64,000 nucleotides of DNA from an uncultured Anaerolinea sp. (GTDB taxonomy: Bacteria; Chloroflexota; Anaerolineae; Anaerolineales; Anaerolineaceae). The notes below the pieces were generated by a model. That model was not told where the DNA came from and searched no databases. It worked only from the letters and a program-made list of their open reading frames with translations. Below, piece after piece: positions 43,761 to 53,112 of the stretch. The position numbers and the translations under genes were made by a program. Position 1 is the stretch's first letter. Each line of letters opens with the position of its first letter. The DNA lies in the NCBI GenBank assembly GCA_964567255.1, contig CAZMMI010000001.1, forward strand, positions 1,247-65,246. Direction: 5' to 3'.

Positions 43761-44126
43761 ATGGTAGATAAGCCAATTATCCTTTCGGCGGTCTGGATCG
43801 CTTTGATGCTCACCTATCTTTTAGGGGATGTGCTGAGGATCTTCAGTGGTGATATTTCCGCCGGAAAAATGGGCAATGTGCAGTTCACTCAGGGCATGTG
43901 GCTGGGAGTAGCCGCCTTGATGCTGATTCCAATTTTGATGGTTGTGCTGTCTCTTATACTGCCTCAACCGATCAATCGCTGGGTCAACATCATTGCTGCC
44001 AGCTTCTTTTTTCTTTTCAATCTTATTGGATTGCCCACCTATCCTTCAGCATACGACAAATTTTTGATCGTAGTCGGACTCGTGTTTAACGGTTTGACGG
44101 TTTGGTACGCCTGGAATTGGAACTAA
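43761..44126 (+). CDS. Small 4-TM membrane protein, paralog of 42290-42724
   Basis: 121-aa hydrophobic protein with AGGAGG upstream. Confidence 0.7.
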   Translation: MVDKPIILSAVWIALMLTYLLGDVLRIFSGDISAGKMGNVQFTQGMWLGVAALMLIPILMVVLSLILPQPINRWVNIIAASFFFLFNLIGLPTYPSAYDKFLIVVGLVFNGLTVWYAWNWN

Positions 44127-44173
44127 TATAGGTGTAGATTGCCAAAAAATGCGGAAGGCGTTGTTGGTGGAAG

Positions 44174-46858
44174 ATGCGGCATTATAATGGATCTATGCCT
44201 GCGCCTATTTTGGCTACCAAGCTATATTTCCCCTCGCCTCGGCCCAACCTTGTCCTCCGCCCTCGCCTGATTGAGCGTCTGAACGAGGGTCTTTCCTCGG
44301 GTCGTAAGCTGACGCTCATCTCGGCTCCCGCCGGCTTTGGCAAGACAACTCTGGTCAGCGAATGGCTTGCTCATAGCAAAAAACCTGTGGCCTGGCTGTC
44401 ACTGGATGAAGGGGATAACGCCCCCACCCGTTTCCTGACTTACCTCGTGGCGGCCTTGCAGATGATTGCGCCGAATATTGGGGCGGGAGCATTGGCTGTG
44501 CTCCAATCTTCTCAACCACCCTCCATCGAGTCGAACCTGACCACGTTGCTCAATGAAATCACCAGCATTCCGGACAACTTCCTTTTGGTGTTGGATGATT
44601 ACCATGTAGTCGACTCCAAAGCAGTAGATCAGGCTCTGACTTTTCTCGTCGATCACCAACCTGCACGGATGCACCTGGTGATCACCACCCGTGAAGACCC
44701 GTCCATCCCCCTGGCCAGGCTGCGTGTGCGCGGCCAACTGACCGAAGTGCGCGCCGCCGATCTGCGCTTCACCCCTTCTGAGGCTGCCGAGTTTCTAAAC
44801 CGAGTGATGGGCTTGAAACTGAGCGAGGAAGATATCAGCGCGCTGGAAGCCCGCACCGAGGGTTGGATCGCCGGCCTGCAGATGGCAGCACTTTCTATGC
44901 AGGGGCTCCCAGACGCTGCGAATTTCATCCAATCCTTCACCGGCAGCCACCGTTTTGTATTGGACTATCTGCTGGAAGAGGTCCTGCATCGCCAGCCCGC
45001 CGAGGTTCAAACCTTTTTACTGCGCACTTCTATCCTTGACCGCATGTGCGGACCGCTGTGCGATGCTGTTCTGGGTTCGCCCGCTGCTTTTGGGGATGCA
45101 ACCCTGCAATCTCTTGAACGCGCCAACCTGTTCATTGTTCCTCTGGATAACGAGCGGCGTTGGTATCGATACCACCACCTCTTTGCTGATTTGCTAAAAC
45201 AGCGCCTTGGAACGCCTACTGACCTTCCCGAACTACATCTGCGGGCCAGCCAGTGGTACGAGCAGAATGGTCTGTACCTCGACGCGTTTCATCATGCAGC
45301 AGCGGCGAATGATTTCGATCGTGCCGAGCGCCTGATGGAAGGTAGGGGGATGGCTGACAAGCCGGAGGAGCCAGTTAAACAAGGTTTACCACTGCATTCT
45401 CGCGACGCAGCCAAGACCGTCTTGAACTGGCTGGGCTCTCTTACGCCGGCCGTGCTGGACGCCAGGCCGTTGTTGTGGGTCAGGTCAGCCACATTGGCGC
45501 TGGTGGCTGGGCAGACCGCCGGGGTAGAAGATAAGCTACAGGCGGCCGAAAATGCGCTGCGCGATGCCGAACTTGACGAGGAAACCCGCGACTTAATCGG
45601 GCAAATAGCCTGCGCTCGGGCCACGCTGGCGCTGACACGCTATGAGCCGGATGTTATGCTCGTTCAATCCAGCCGCGCTCTGGAATACTTGAGCCCTGAG
45701 AACCTGACATTCCGCTTTACGGCCAACTGGGCGCTGACCTCTGCCAGTATTCTCAAAGGCGATCGCGCCACAGCCGCCCGGGCCTGCCAGGAGGGCATCG
45801 CCCTCAGCCAGAAGTCTGGGAATGTCTTCTCGATCATCCTGGCAATCACCAACCTGGGCAGGGTGCAAGAAGGGGAAAACCAGCTTTACCGGGCTGCTGA
45901 GGCCTACCAGCAGGTGCTGGATCTCTCCGGGGACCATCCCCATCCCAATACCGGCGAGGCTCACCTGGGGCTGGCCCGGATTTATTATCAGTGGAATGAT
46001 CTAGAGACCGCCGAACAGCACTGCCTGAAAGGCCTGCAACTGACCCATCAGTTTGATCGGAGGATAGACCGCTTCATCTTGAGTGAAGTATTCCTGGCGC
46101 AGGTGAAACTGGGCCAAGGTGACGTGCGGGAAGCGGAGTCTAGATTAGCGCAGACGGAGCAAACCGCCCGTCAGAAAAATTACCTGTTACGTATGCCCGA
46201 TATCGCTGCTGCTCAGGCGACCGTCTTGCTGCGCCAGGGCAACCTGGCTGCCGCCGGTCAGTTGTCTCGGCAATATGAACTCCCGTTATGCCAGGCGCGA
46301 GTATTGATTGCCCAGGGGAATCCGGCTGCGGCGCTGGATATTCTCAAACCCTATCGCGACCAGATGGAAACGCGGGGGTGGGCCGATTCTCGGCTTATGG
46401 CAATGGTACTCGAGTCGCTTGCCCAGTATTTGTGTGGCGAACAGGATAAGGCAATGCCCATTTTGGAGGAAGCGCTGGCGTTGGCCGAGCCGGGCGGTTT
46501 TGTCCGACTCTTCGTGGATGAAGGGCCCCCAATGGCGCAACTGTTGTCCGAGGCGGCAGGGCGGGGGATCCGGCCAGTTTATACTAACGGGCTACTGGCG
46601 GAGTTCGATGAAGAGCAGCGAAAGATTCTGTCCATCCATGACCTCGTCCCAGACCAACCCATGGTGGAGCCTTTATCCCCGCGCGAACTGGAAGTGCTGC
46701 GCCTGATCGCTGAGGGCCTTTCGAACCAGGAAATCGGCGCGCGACTATTTCTGGCGTTGGATACGGTGAAAGGCCACAACCGCCGGATTTTTGAAAAGTT
46801 AGCGGTGCAGCGGCGCACCGAAGCCATCGCTCGTGCTCGCGAGTTGGGCCTGTTGTAG
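44174..46858 (+). CDS. MalT/LuxR-type STAND transcriptional regulator, copy 2
   Basis: 894 aa. The N-terminal ~300 aa are very similar to copy 1, including stretches of near-identical DNA. The middle region has diverged. The C-terminal LuxR HTH is LSPRELEVLRLIAEGLSNQEIGARLFLALDTVKGHNRRIFEKL. The start could instead be the ATG at 44195. Confidence 0.9.
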   Translation: MRHYNGSMPAPILATKLYFPSPRPNLVLRPRLIERLNEGLSSGRKLTLISAPAGFGKTTLVSEWLAHSKKPVAWLSLDEGDNAPTRFLTYLVAALQMIAPNIGAGALAVLQSSQPPSIESNLTTLLNEITSIPDNFLLVLDDYHVVDSKAVDQALTFLVDHQPARMHLVITTREDPSIPLARLRVRGQLTEVRAADLRFTPSEAAEFLNRVMGLKLSEEDISALEARTEGWIAGLQMAALSMQGLPDAANFIQSFTGSHRFVLDYLLEEVLHRQPAEVQTFLLRTSILDRMCGPLCDAVLGSPAAFGDATLQSLERANLFIVPLDNERRWYRYHHLFADLLKQRLGTPTDLPELHLRASQWYEQNGLYLDAFHHAAAANDFDRAERLMEGRGMADKPEEPVKQGLPLHSRDAAKTVLNWLGSLTPAVLDARPLLWVRSATLALVAGQTAGVEDKLQAAENALRDAELDEETRDLIGQIACARATLALTRYEPDVMLVQSSRALEYLSPENLTFRFTANWALTSASILKGDRATAARACQEGIALSQKSGNVFSIILAITNLGRVQEGENQLYRAAEAYQQVLDLSGDHPHPNTGEAHLGLARIYYQWNDLETAEQHCLKGLQLTHQFDRRIDRFILSEVFLAQVKLGQGDVREAESRLAQTEQTARQKNYLLRMPDIAAAQATVLLRQGNLAAAGQLSRQYELPLCQARVLIAQGNPAAALDILKPYRDQMETRGWADSRLMAMVLESLAQYLCGEQDKAMPILEEALALAEPGGFVRLFVDEGPPMAQLLSEAAGRGIRPVYTNGLLAEFDEEQRKILSIHDLVPDQPMVEPLSPRELEVLRLIAEGLSNQEIGARLFLALDTVKGHNRRIFEKLAVQRRTEAIARARELGLL

Positions 46859-46870
46859 GGCCACTCTCTT

Positions 46871-46912
46871 CATCCCCTGCTTTCGTAGAGATCCACAAAA
46901 CAACACTCCAGC
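46871..46912. repeat. 42-bp direct repeat, copy A
   Basis: CATCCCCTGCTTTCGTAGAGATCCACAAAACAACACTCCAGC matches 48613-48654 at 40 of 42 positions. Confidence 0.9.
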
Positions 46913-46962
46913 GTAAGTCTTTTAAAGCAAGCTTTAAACCTCATTTTTTCGTAAAAATAAGG

Positions 46963-48159
46963 TTAAAAATTAGCGATGGTTTCTTCATAAAACGAAATCA
47001 ATTGTCCAACCCGATCTTCTGCGACAAATGATGAGATAGCTTTATTGATATTAGCCTTCATGTTTTTCTGTTCAAGTTCATCTAGCGTGAGCAGACGTTG
47101 AATAGCCTCATACAAGCTTTTCGAATCGTCATTTTTAGCCAAGAATCCAGTGACTCCTTCAACAATAATTTCATCAAGACTGGAGTCATAGGTTCCAATA
47201 ACCGGAACGCCTAAAGCAAGGGCCTCCAAGCACGCGTTTGGATAGTTATCGACTCTAGAAGGCATTGCAACACCCAAGGCATTCTGGATTATTGGATATA
47301 GTTGAGTGCAATGCAATGGAGAAAAGTAATACACTCTATCGCGATAATAACCTAACTCTTGCTGAATCAAATCTAAAGCTGTTCCGCCACATGCAATTGG
47401 ACCATTTCTGCCAATAAACACAATGTTTAAGTCCGGGAAGTTATCAAGTAACTTAGGCGCAATTGTTATTAAGAGGTCTATTCCTTTGACCCCCATAAGA
47501 GTACCAAAATAGAGAAGGTATTTTCTCCCCACCAAGAATTCGTTATATACCGCATCATCATGGGAAACCTTTGGAAGAATAACAGGAGTACGAATAATTT
47601 TTGGTCTAACACATTCAAAGCGCTCAATAATTTTCGCTAGATACTCACTTGGAGAGAATAATGCATCTGCCCTAAGCATAACAGCAACTTCACGCCAGTC
47701 ATCAATCGTATACTCAAAAGTGCGGTTATGTCCATTAGCGGCCCTCAACAAGGGCATATAACTAGAAATCCTGCATACAACCGGGATGAAACCGTTCTGA
47801 CAAAGGTAATATCCTGGCGCGTGATAATTTGGGATTTGCAATAGGTCGATTTTTGTCTTTCGATGGCAACTCAAAACAAAGTCCCTCAATTTTTTTCTAT
47901 TAATATCTCTTTCGATCAAGGCCAAAATCGAAGACAAAAAAGATATTGCACTTAAGCGCCAATGGAATCTAAAATTCTTTACTTGATATATGGTTATCGT
48001 TTGATCTACCCATTGTTTATTCTCTGCTGAGAGCACAAAAACGGAAACGCGATCTCCACGGGAAATTAATTCAAACGCAGTCTTTCTTATGTAATTACCC
48101 AAACCTCCATCGGGTCTTTGAGTATCAGGATACTCTGATGTTAAGAAACCGATATGCAT
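46963..48159 (-). CDS. Glycosyltransferase family 4-like (GT-B fold)
   Basis: The track ORF is 46963-48228. The likely start is at 48159 (MHIGFLTSEYPD...GGLGNY), with GAAGG upstream. The EALALGVPVIGT....DEII motif (E-x7-E type) is present. The gene is markedly AT-rich: sampled lines are about 32-38% G+C by hand count. Confidence 0.8.
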   Translation of the reverse strand: MHIGFLTSEYPDTQRPDGGLGNYIRKTAFELISRGDRVSVFVLSAENKQWVDQTITIYQVKNFRFHWRLSAISFLSSILALIERDINRKKLRDFVLSCHRKTKIDLLQIPNYHAPGYYLCQNGFIPVVCRISSYMPLLRAANGHNRTFEYTIDDWREVAVMLRADALFSPSEYLAKIIERFECVRPKIIRTPVILPKVSHDDAVYNEFLVGRKYLLYFGTLMGVKGIDLLITIAPKLLDNFPDLNIVFIGRNGPIACGGTALDLIQQELGYYRDRVYYFSPLHCTQLYPIIQNALGVAMPSRVDNYPNACLEALALGVPVIGTYDSSLDEIIVEGVTGFLAKNDDSKSLYEAIQRLLTLDELEQKNMKANINKAISSFVAEDRVGQLISFYEETIANF

Positions 48160-48432
48160 AACAATACCTTCGCCAAAATAGGAGTATATGAAATAGGGCT
48201 TATACGTGACAGTTGTAATCTGCCACAACTACAACGGACCGGAAAAGCCCATCATAGAGATTGTAGCAATTTACTACGATAATAGATCATGCGGGTGATC
48301 GTTCCAAAGCTGGTAAAAAGGTGGTTAAGTGGATGAGGGGCAGTTAGCAGACCACCCAACATCCGACGAACAAAGAGGCACACCTGGAATGTGCCTGAAC
48401 CTCATTTTACCAAAAGTTGAACCGGGGGGTAA

Positions 48433-48609
48433 TTTGAATATCCGAAGTGTTGCGCGCGGAAAGGATGTCAGGGAGCGAGGTTTATGCCCCGGCAGGAAGT
48501 GAGCAAAAAGATCGTGGATGCGGAGCATCCGCAAGTCACTGCGTGGCGGTATGAGTGCATGAGTTGTGGGCATGTTTTCAGGGTATACCCCAAGGGCTAC
48601 AAACTGTAA
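48433..48609 (+). pseudogene. Fragment of a zinc-ribbon transposase-like gene (same family as 7524-8120)
   Basis: The open frame reads ..KCCARKGCQGARFMPRQEVSKKIVDAEHPQVTAWRYECMSCGHVFRVYPKGYKL*. It aligns with CPYCG..EVQD..YHRFRCGSCQRTFRYYANG of 7524-8120. It stops 3 nt before 42-bp repeat copy B. Confidence 0.55.
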
Positions 48610-48612
48610 TCC

Positions 48613-48654
48613 CATCCCCTGCTTTCTTAGAAATCCACAAAACAACACTCCAGC
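48613..48654. repeat. 42-bp direct repeat, copy B
   Basis: CATCCCCTGCTTTCTTAGAAATCCACAAAACAACACTCCAGC has two mismatches to copy A. Confidence 0.9.
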
Positions 48655-48703
48655 CACACCAAAGTGTCTACCAGCGACACAGAGGCGTGGCTATTCTATA
48701 TCT

Positions 48704-48988
48704 ATGTCGAATCAAACCAACCTCCAGGCAGAGTCCGGGCAGCCGCTGATCTACCAGATTCGGATCCGGGGCCACCTGGGCAATCCATGGACAGACTGGT
48801 TTGATGACATGACCATCGCGCTGGAAGACAACGGTGACACGCTTCTAACCGGTCCTGTGGTTGATCAGGCCGCGCTATATGGGTTGCTCAAGAAAGTGCG
48901 TGACCTGGGCATGCCGTTGGTCTCGGTTGTTCCAATTCAATTAGATTATTTTCGTTCGTCGAGTTCAATAAAAGGAGATGAAAAATGA
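48704..48988 (+). CDS. Conserved small protein of unknown function (94 aa), paralog of 42009-42284
   Basis: The track ORF is 48566-48988. The ATG at 48704 gives MSNQTNLQAESGQPLIYQIRIRGHLGNPWTDWFDDMTIALEDNGDTLLTGPVVDQAALYGLLKKVRDLGMPLVSV, which is collinear with the first copy. Confidence 0.75.
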   Translation: MSNQTNLQAESGQPLIYQIRIRGHLGNPWTDWFDDMTIALEDNGDTLLTGPVVDQAALYGLLKKVRDLGMPLVSVVPIQLDYFRSSSSIKGDEK

Positions 48989-49716
48989 ATACGACCACAG
49001 GTAGTCCCTTCGGGACAAATAAGACTGCAAGAATTGCAGGGTTCTTGTACCTTTCCTTCATTGTAGCAACGGCCATAGCGACGGTAGCCCGAAAAGAGCT
49101 AATTGTGCTTGGCGATGCCGTAGCCACAGCCAAGAATATTCAAGCCTCCGATTGGCTGTTGCGGCTCAGTTTTATGAGCGATATCCTTGCGGGTGTTCTT
49201 TTCTTTTTAGCAGCCTGGGCTTTGTACGTCTTATTAAAACCGGTCAACAAAAACCTCGCCATGTTGTTCCTGTTATTGAACCTGGGCGGTGTCGCTATCC
49301 AGTGCCTGAATTTGTTGAACCTGTTTTCTGTCTCGCTGCTGTTGAGCGGCGAGGATTACCTGAAAGTGTTCCAAACGGATCAACTACAAGCTCTGGCGAT
49401 GTTATTCCTCAACTTTCGCGAAAACGGATTTATGATCGCCCAGTTTTTCTTTTCCGCCTGGCTTTTCCCGCTTGGTTATTTGGTTTTCAAGTCGGGTTAC
49501 CTTCCTAAAATTTTGGGGATCGTGCTGATGGTTGAGTGTCTTGGCTGGCTGATGTATCCCTTGCAGTTCTTCCTTTTTCCGAGCGGCGTGCTCGCAACTT
49601 TGAGTTCCGCGATCGGTTTTATTGGGGAATTCTCACTTGCTTTGTGGCTTGTGATCATGGGCGCAAAGGATCAGACACCTGCCCTGGCAAATGCTGCCCG
49701 AGCGACTGCTTCATAA
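48985..49716 (+). CDS. DUF4386-like integral membrane protein
   Basis: 243 aa with AAGGAG upstream, and its ATGA overlaps the previous stop. The N-terminal ARIAGFLYLSFIV pattern and hydrophobic profile fit DUF4386. The family name is from memory. Confidence 0.65.
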   Translation: MNTTTGSPFGTNKTARIAGFLYLSFIVATAIATVARKELIVLGDAVATAKNIQASDWLLRLSFMSDILAGVLFFLAAWALYVLLKPVNKNLAMLFLLLNLGGVAIQCLNLLNLFSVSLLLSGEDYLKVFQTDQLQALAMLFLNFRENGFMIAQFFFSAWLFPLGYLVFKSGYLPKILGIVLMVECLGWLMYPLQFFLFPSGVLATLSSAIGFIGEFSLALWLVIMGAKDQTPALANAARATAS

Positions 49717-49735
49717 GTTTCGCAAAGGAGAAAAA

Positions 49736-50287
49736 ATGAACAGGACCAATGAAAATCTTCTTGGAACCAAGAAAAAAGCCATCAGAGAAGACCAGGGGAT
49801 GATTCGAAAAGAAAGTATTTGGTTGAGGACGCTCGTTCTGGCAGCAGCGGGTGGGCTGGCCTTCTGGCTGGCGAACTTTGCAATCTCCCGAACTCCGATT
49901 GCCGCGGAGTATCGAGCTGCCCTTTCTATTTCTTACAATCCAATGCTGTTTGCGGCCATGGTTGGCGGCCTGATCATCGGGCTCTTGGTTAGTTATTGTT
50001 TGTTGCGGTTCTTTGAGCGGATTCCGGGAAAGGATCCAATGCTGAAGGCTGTAATCCTGAGCATGATGGCTCTGGTCATTGCGACACTCTTGATCGGCAG
50101 CCCATCCAGTTTTCGGGAGACCAATGACGTATGGCGATATTTCACCATCGGCACAATATTCAACTTCATCCGGATTCTGGCCCTTGGAATAGCGATTGGT
50201 TCTGTGTACAAACGGTGGGGTGGACGTGGCGATATTTCTCGCTCAGACCATCTATCCGATAAACTCAGTGGAGGCGTGCGTCGATGA
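49736..50287 (+). CDS. Membrane protein of unknown function (about 4 TM segments)
   Basis: The track ORF is 49691-50287. The ATG at 49736 is preceded by AAGGAG. Confidence 0.6.
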   Translation: MNRTNENLLGTKKKAIREDQGMIRKESIWLRTLVLAAAGGLAFWLANFAISRTPIAAEYRAALSISYNPMLFAAMVGGLIIGLLVSYCLLRFFERIPGKDPMLKAVILSMMALVIATLLIGSPSSFRETNDVWRYFTIGTIFNFIRILALGIAIGSVYKRWGGRGDISRSDHLSDKLSGGVRR

Positions 50288-51261
50288 AAGCGGTCATCTG
50301 CCCAAAATATGGTTCGCCGGATGTACTTCAACTCCGAGAGGTTGAAAAACCTGTTCCGCAAGAGGACGAGGTATTAATCAGAATTCACGCCGCCTCCATT
50401 AATGCCCGTGATTGGCGCTTCATGCGAGCAAACCCGTTCTTTATCCGTCTGATGCCGGGAGGTCTTCTCCAACCAAAAAATAGGATACTTGGGGCTGATG
50501 TGGCCGGGCAGGTCGAGGCAGTTGGCAGTAGGGTTAAACAATTCAAGCCAGGCGATGCGGTTTTTGGGTACATCCCGAGTGCAACCGGTCGGGGGACTTT
50601 TGCCGATTATGTGTGCGCCGATGAAAATTCGATTTCGTTGAAACCTGCCAATCTAACCTTCGAGCAAGCTGCGGTTGTGCCTGTTGCGGCGATCACCGCG
50701 TTGCAGGGGCTGCGAGACTTTGGAAACATTAAGCCAGGACAAAAGGTTTTGATCAATGGCGCCTCAGGAGGTGTGGGAACTTTTGCTGTGCAGATCGCCA
50801 AAGCATTCGGGACTGAAGTCACCGGTGTGTGCAGCACAAGGAATCTGGACATGGTGAGGTCACTTGGGGCTGACCACGTCATTGACTATAGGGTAGATAA
50901 CTTCACTCGAAAGGGGAAGCAGTACGACCTGATCCTGGCGGTGAATGGATATCATCCGATTGCAGATTACATGCGCGCCTTAAGACCTGAAGGAACCTAT
51001 GTCGTTGCGGGAGGCTCGATGGTACAACTCTTTGAGGCTGCCATTCATGGGAAAAGAAGTTCCAACACCGGTTCTCAGAAAATATGTGTCGTGTCGGTGG
51101 TCCAAAGCCAAAAGGATCTGATCTTCATAAGTGAGCTTCTGGAATCCGGGAAAATTACGCCGGTGATCGATAAATGTTTTCCTTTAAGTGAAATTTCTGA
51201 TGCCTTCTGGTATTTTGAGAAAGTACATCCCAGAGGCAAAGTGGTAATTCGGGTGATTTGA
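50284..51261 (+). CDS. MDR-superfamily NAD(P)-dependent (zinc-type/quinone) oxidoreductase, paralog of 42757-43740
   Basis: It has MKAVICPKYGSPDVLQLREVE and GASGGVGTFAVQIAK. The segment VTGVCSTRNLDMVRSLGADHVIDY is almost identical to the paralog. Confidence 0.9.
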   Translation: MKAVICPKYGSPDVLQLREVEKPVPQEDEVLIRIHAASINARDWRFMRANPFFIRLMPGGLLQPKNRILGADVAGQVEAVGSRVKQFKPGDAVFGYIPSATGRGTFADYVCADENSISLKPANLTFEQAAVVPVAAITALQGLRDFGNIKPGQKVLINGASGGVGTFAVQIAKAFGTEVTGVCSTRNLDMVRSLGADHVIDYRVDNFTRKGKQYDLILAVNGYHPIADYMRALRPEGTYVVAGGSMVQLFEAAIHGKRSSNTGSQKICVVSVVQSQKDLIFISELLESGKITPVIDKCFPLSEISDAFWYFEKVHPRGKVVIRVI

Positions 51262-51491
51262 TCCTCTCAGTCTTTATCCTCTGGCACAAATCGTTTGGTG
51301 GATTGTCACGTTATGATATGGAGGAAGTGAAAACATAAATAATGGCTGAACGAAACCCAAGTACAAAAGGAACCATTTCCTTGTTCAGTACGTTATGGGA
51401 TAGAGGAAAAATACCAAACCAGTGTGCCCTGATCGCGTTGTGCAAATAAAAATCTCACGGGATATGCTGGAAAGCAGAAAGAAGAAAAGAA

Positions 51492-52118
51492 ATGCGAAGA
51501 ATTCTTGCGATCATGTTCGTTTTGATGGCGCTGACGGGATGTTCAGTAGGTCATTCTCCTGTGGTGATTGATGATCCGGCGACAAATGTGCCTCAGTCGG
51601 GGCTGCCAAATCCTGCCTCGGAGTACTGCGAGCAGAATGGAAACAAACTCGAAATTCGCACCGCCGCCGATGGCAGTCAATCCGGAGAATGTATATTTCC
51701 AGATGGCAGTTCATGCGATGAGTGGGCCTATTTCAAGGGGGAGTGCGGACCCACCGCACAAGCAAACTCAACACCTTCGATAGCCGATGATACAACCCAA
51801 AAAACTGGCGATGATGCCGCTGGTGAGAATGCCTCAGGTGGCTACATGCCACCGGGAATGTCTGAAGAAATAACGGATTGGTGGGGCGTGATTAAGAGCA
51901 CGCCGCCAGGCGCACAATTTGATGATTATTTTGAACGGCAGGACCTGGGGGATGTGATTTATTTTGGGATCGATTCAGTAGAACCAACGATTCGGAATCA
52001 GATTGAAGCGTTGCGCGATAGCGGGAAAGTCGTTCACCTATATGGTACATTGTTCAGCAATGTGCCTGATTACAACGGCTCGCAGATCCAGGTGGACCGA
52101 ATCGAGGTCGAGGAGTGA
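51492..52118 (+). CDS. Lipoprotein with an N-terminal DUF333-like (putative hemolysin-type) Cys-rich domain
   Basis: The signal peptide and lipobox are MRRILAIMFVLMALTGC. The pattern NPASEYCEQNGNKLE...GECIFPDGSSCDEWAYFKGEC fits DUF333. Confidence 0.7.
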   Translation: MRRILAIMFVLMALTGCSVGHSPVVIDDPATNVPQSGLPNPASEYCEQNGNKLEIRTAADGSQSGECIFPDGSSCDEWAYFKGECGPTAQANSTPSIADDTTQKTGDDAAGENASGGYMPPGMSEEITDWWGVIKSTPPGAQFDDYFERQDLGDVIYFGIDSVEPTIRNQIEALRDSGKVVHLYGTLFSNVPDYNGSQIQVDRIEVEE

Positions 52119-52329
52119 GCGAATTTCCGTGAAAATTATAGGCGCCACCATTTTCGCCGATAAGTGGATTATAAGGGCCTGCTCCGGAACTCTGCGTTCA
52201 ACTGAGCCAGGACTACCATGTCCTTTGTCGTTGCAGTTCGGGCAAAAACTTTCGTGTTAGTCAAGTTTCGTTTTCCCGCTTAAGAAAAGGACGTTGTTGA
52301 GTTCGGAGTGCCAGAGACCAGCCAAGTGT

Positions 52330-52968
52330 CTAAACGCGCTGCAACACCTCAAAGATCGTCATTCCTCCACCCATGATTAGTGCCGCAAAATACAAAATCG
52401 TTGCGAGGTTTGAGAGGTGACCAAAGATGATGCATCTGCCATCTTTTTGGATGACACCCAGCGCAAAGAAGATCAGGGCTGCGGCAGGGAGGGTGTTGCT
52501 GAAGGGAATAAAGCCAAACGGCGCCATCAGCAAGATCGCCGCAAGGATGTAGGATACCTTGTTGAAAAGCCCAACCTTCCCTTCGCTGGCAAGGGATTGT
52601 AAGCGATAGGGGCGGCTGATCCGCTCGAATCGGCGGAACCAAACCAATGCGCGGTTTAAAACGCCGGTTAATTTTTCGGAAGCAATGGCCCGCGTGGCGA
52701 TTTTCCCGGGTAACCACAGGCGGCGGTTGAGAAGCTGCGCGATACCGATTAACAATATGGCGCTGCCAAACGCGGTGCTTACGCCAGGAACCGATACCGG
52801 GACCAGAAAGACGAGCGAGAGAAAAATGGTGAAAAACATGAGACTGTCTTTCCCAATCTTCTCATAAAGTTCAATCAGGGTCACTTCGCTTGCTGGAATG
52901 TTCTTAACCAGTTGCTCAAGCTTATGCGCAAAAGTGACGTTTGCTGTAACGATCAGTTCTTGATCCAT
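52330..52968 (-). CDS. exoD: ExoD-family exopolysaccharide synthesis membrane protein
   Basis: VTLIELYEKIGKDSLMFFTIFLSLVFLVPVSVPGVSTAFGSAILLIGIAQLLNRRLWLPGKI matches the ExoD family pattern. Confidence 0.75.
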   Translation of the reverse strand: MDQELIVTANVTFAHKLEQLVKNIPASEVTLIELYEKIGKDSLMFFTIFLSLVFLVPVSVPGVSTAFGSAILLIGIAQLLNRRLWLPGKIATRAIASEKLTGVLNRALVWFRRFERISRPYRLQSLASEGKVGLFNKVSYILAAILLMAPFGFIPFSNTLPAAALIFFALGVIQKDGRCIIFGHLSNLATILYFAALIMGGGMTIFEVLQRV

Positions 52969-53071
52969 GCAGAGTTTGTTTCCTTCACCGATATTCCACC
53001 AATGTTCCCTGTGTGCCTCGCGAGCGAGGTTAAGAGCGGCGTTTCATTTCCGGATTGGATTGTCCGAGGAT

Positions 53072-53112
53072 AAAAAATAAGACCACGCACAACAGATCGT
53101 TGCGGTGGTCTT
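53072..53112 (-). terminator. Intrinsic terminator of the ArsR/DUF2087-hydrolase operon
   Basis: On the minus strand, AAGACCACCGCA...TGCGTGGTCTT forms 11 bp with one bulge and is followed by ATTTTTT. Confidence 0.65.
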
